Below are positions 63,469 through 64,000 of a stretch of 64,000 nt of DNA, piece after piece. A program made the translations under genes and the position numbers. Within the stretch, counting starts at the first letter, position 1, and each line of letters starts with the position of its first letter. The notes under the pieces were generated by a model, which saw only the letters and a list, made by a program, of their open reading frames with translations, was not told the DNA's origin and did not search any database. Source of the stretch: Phoronis australis (Eukaryota > Animalia > Phoronida). The stretch covers positions 308,286-372,285 of the forward strand of contig NMRA01000448.1 in assembly GCA_002633005.1 (NCBI GenBank). The letters run 5' to 3'.

Positions 63469-64000
63469 ACGTGGCAATTGTGATAATCAACGAAGGACAC
63501 ATTGTGTTAGAATGATGAGTTTAATGCACATAAAAAATACTTTCAATAACATCTATTCGTATCACAACAGGTTTCACAGCACCAATTTTATGCCTTTTCT
63601 AATACTAAGAATTTCCAAATCTGAGCCTGGAAGTTTTACGGAAATCTTGGAAAGCTGCCAAAAATAATCAAAAACATAAATTTATTCAATGCAGATGCAC
63701 TAAATAAAAATGCCTCCCAAGAGATACGACAACCTGGAATTAACAAGGAGCAATCCTTTTAGGTCACCCTGAAGTACAAAAATTGGGACAGAGTCCGAAA
63801 TCCACATCATTAAAATAAGATTTTCATGGGTGATTTTACTGTCAAAATTACCCTTTAATTTTTGATTTTTGATAGAGTAACACCATCAGTGATAGTGTTA
63901 TCAAAGCAACAAATGTACAGAGAACGTCACGTAGGCATGCATTCTTAACTTAACTATATATAGGAAATCCAAAATCTATAACATTTTAAATGTTTATGTA

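Noticed and set aside
1-64000. Prokaryotic systems (operons, defence islands, CRISPR-Cas)
   Set aside because: Spliceosomal exon-intron structure and animal transposons throughout; no long uninterrupted ORFs.

Overview
AT-rich, intron- and repeat-rich animal (invertebrate-type) genomic DNA; most entries in the ORF track are spurious. Reading splice sites by hand gives three conserved genes. (1) A complete 23-exon GRIPAP1/GRASP-1 orthologue on the minus strand (34409->5680, ~821 aa, one GC-AG intron). (2) A complete ALG12 alpha-1,6-mannosyltransferase with 9 coding exons on the plus strand (42670->55478, ~503 aa), including a 3.3-kb U12-type intron. (3) The last three exons of LIN37 (MuvB/DREAM subunit) on the minus strand (61684->58327). 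The introns hold many mobile elements: Helentron-associated HINE/Pearl-like elements whose internal satellite carries arrays of CTCF-like motifs; a ~550-bp miniature LTR element with tRNA-like (Pol III A/B box) LTRs, a tRNA-Ser PBS and a PPT; two minimal hammerhead ribozymes of the Penelope type, both antisense to their host genes; two Academ-like (XPG-domain) remnants; a pogo-like TIR element carrying a HIRAN pseudogene; LINE, SINE and Gypsy fragments; MITEs and minisatellites. All homology calls come from recalled protein and element motifs, not database searches.
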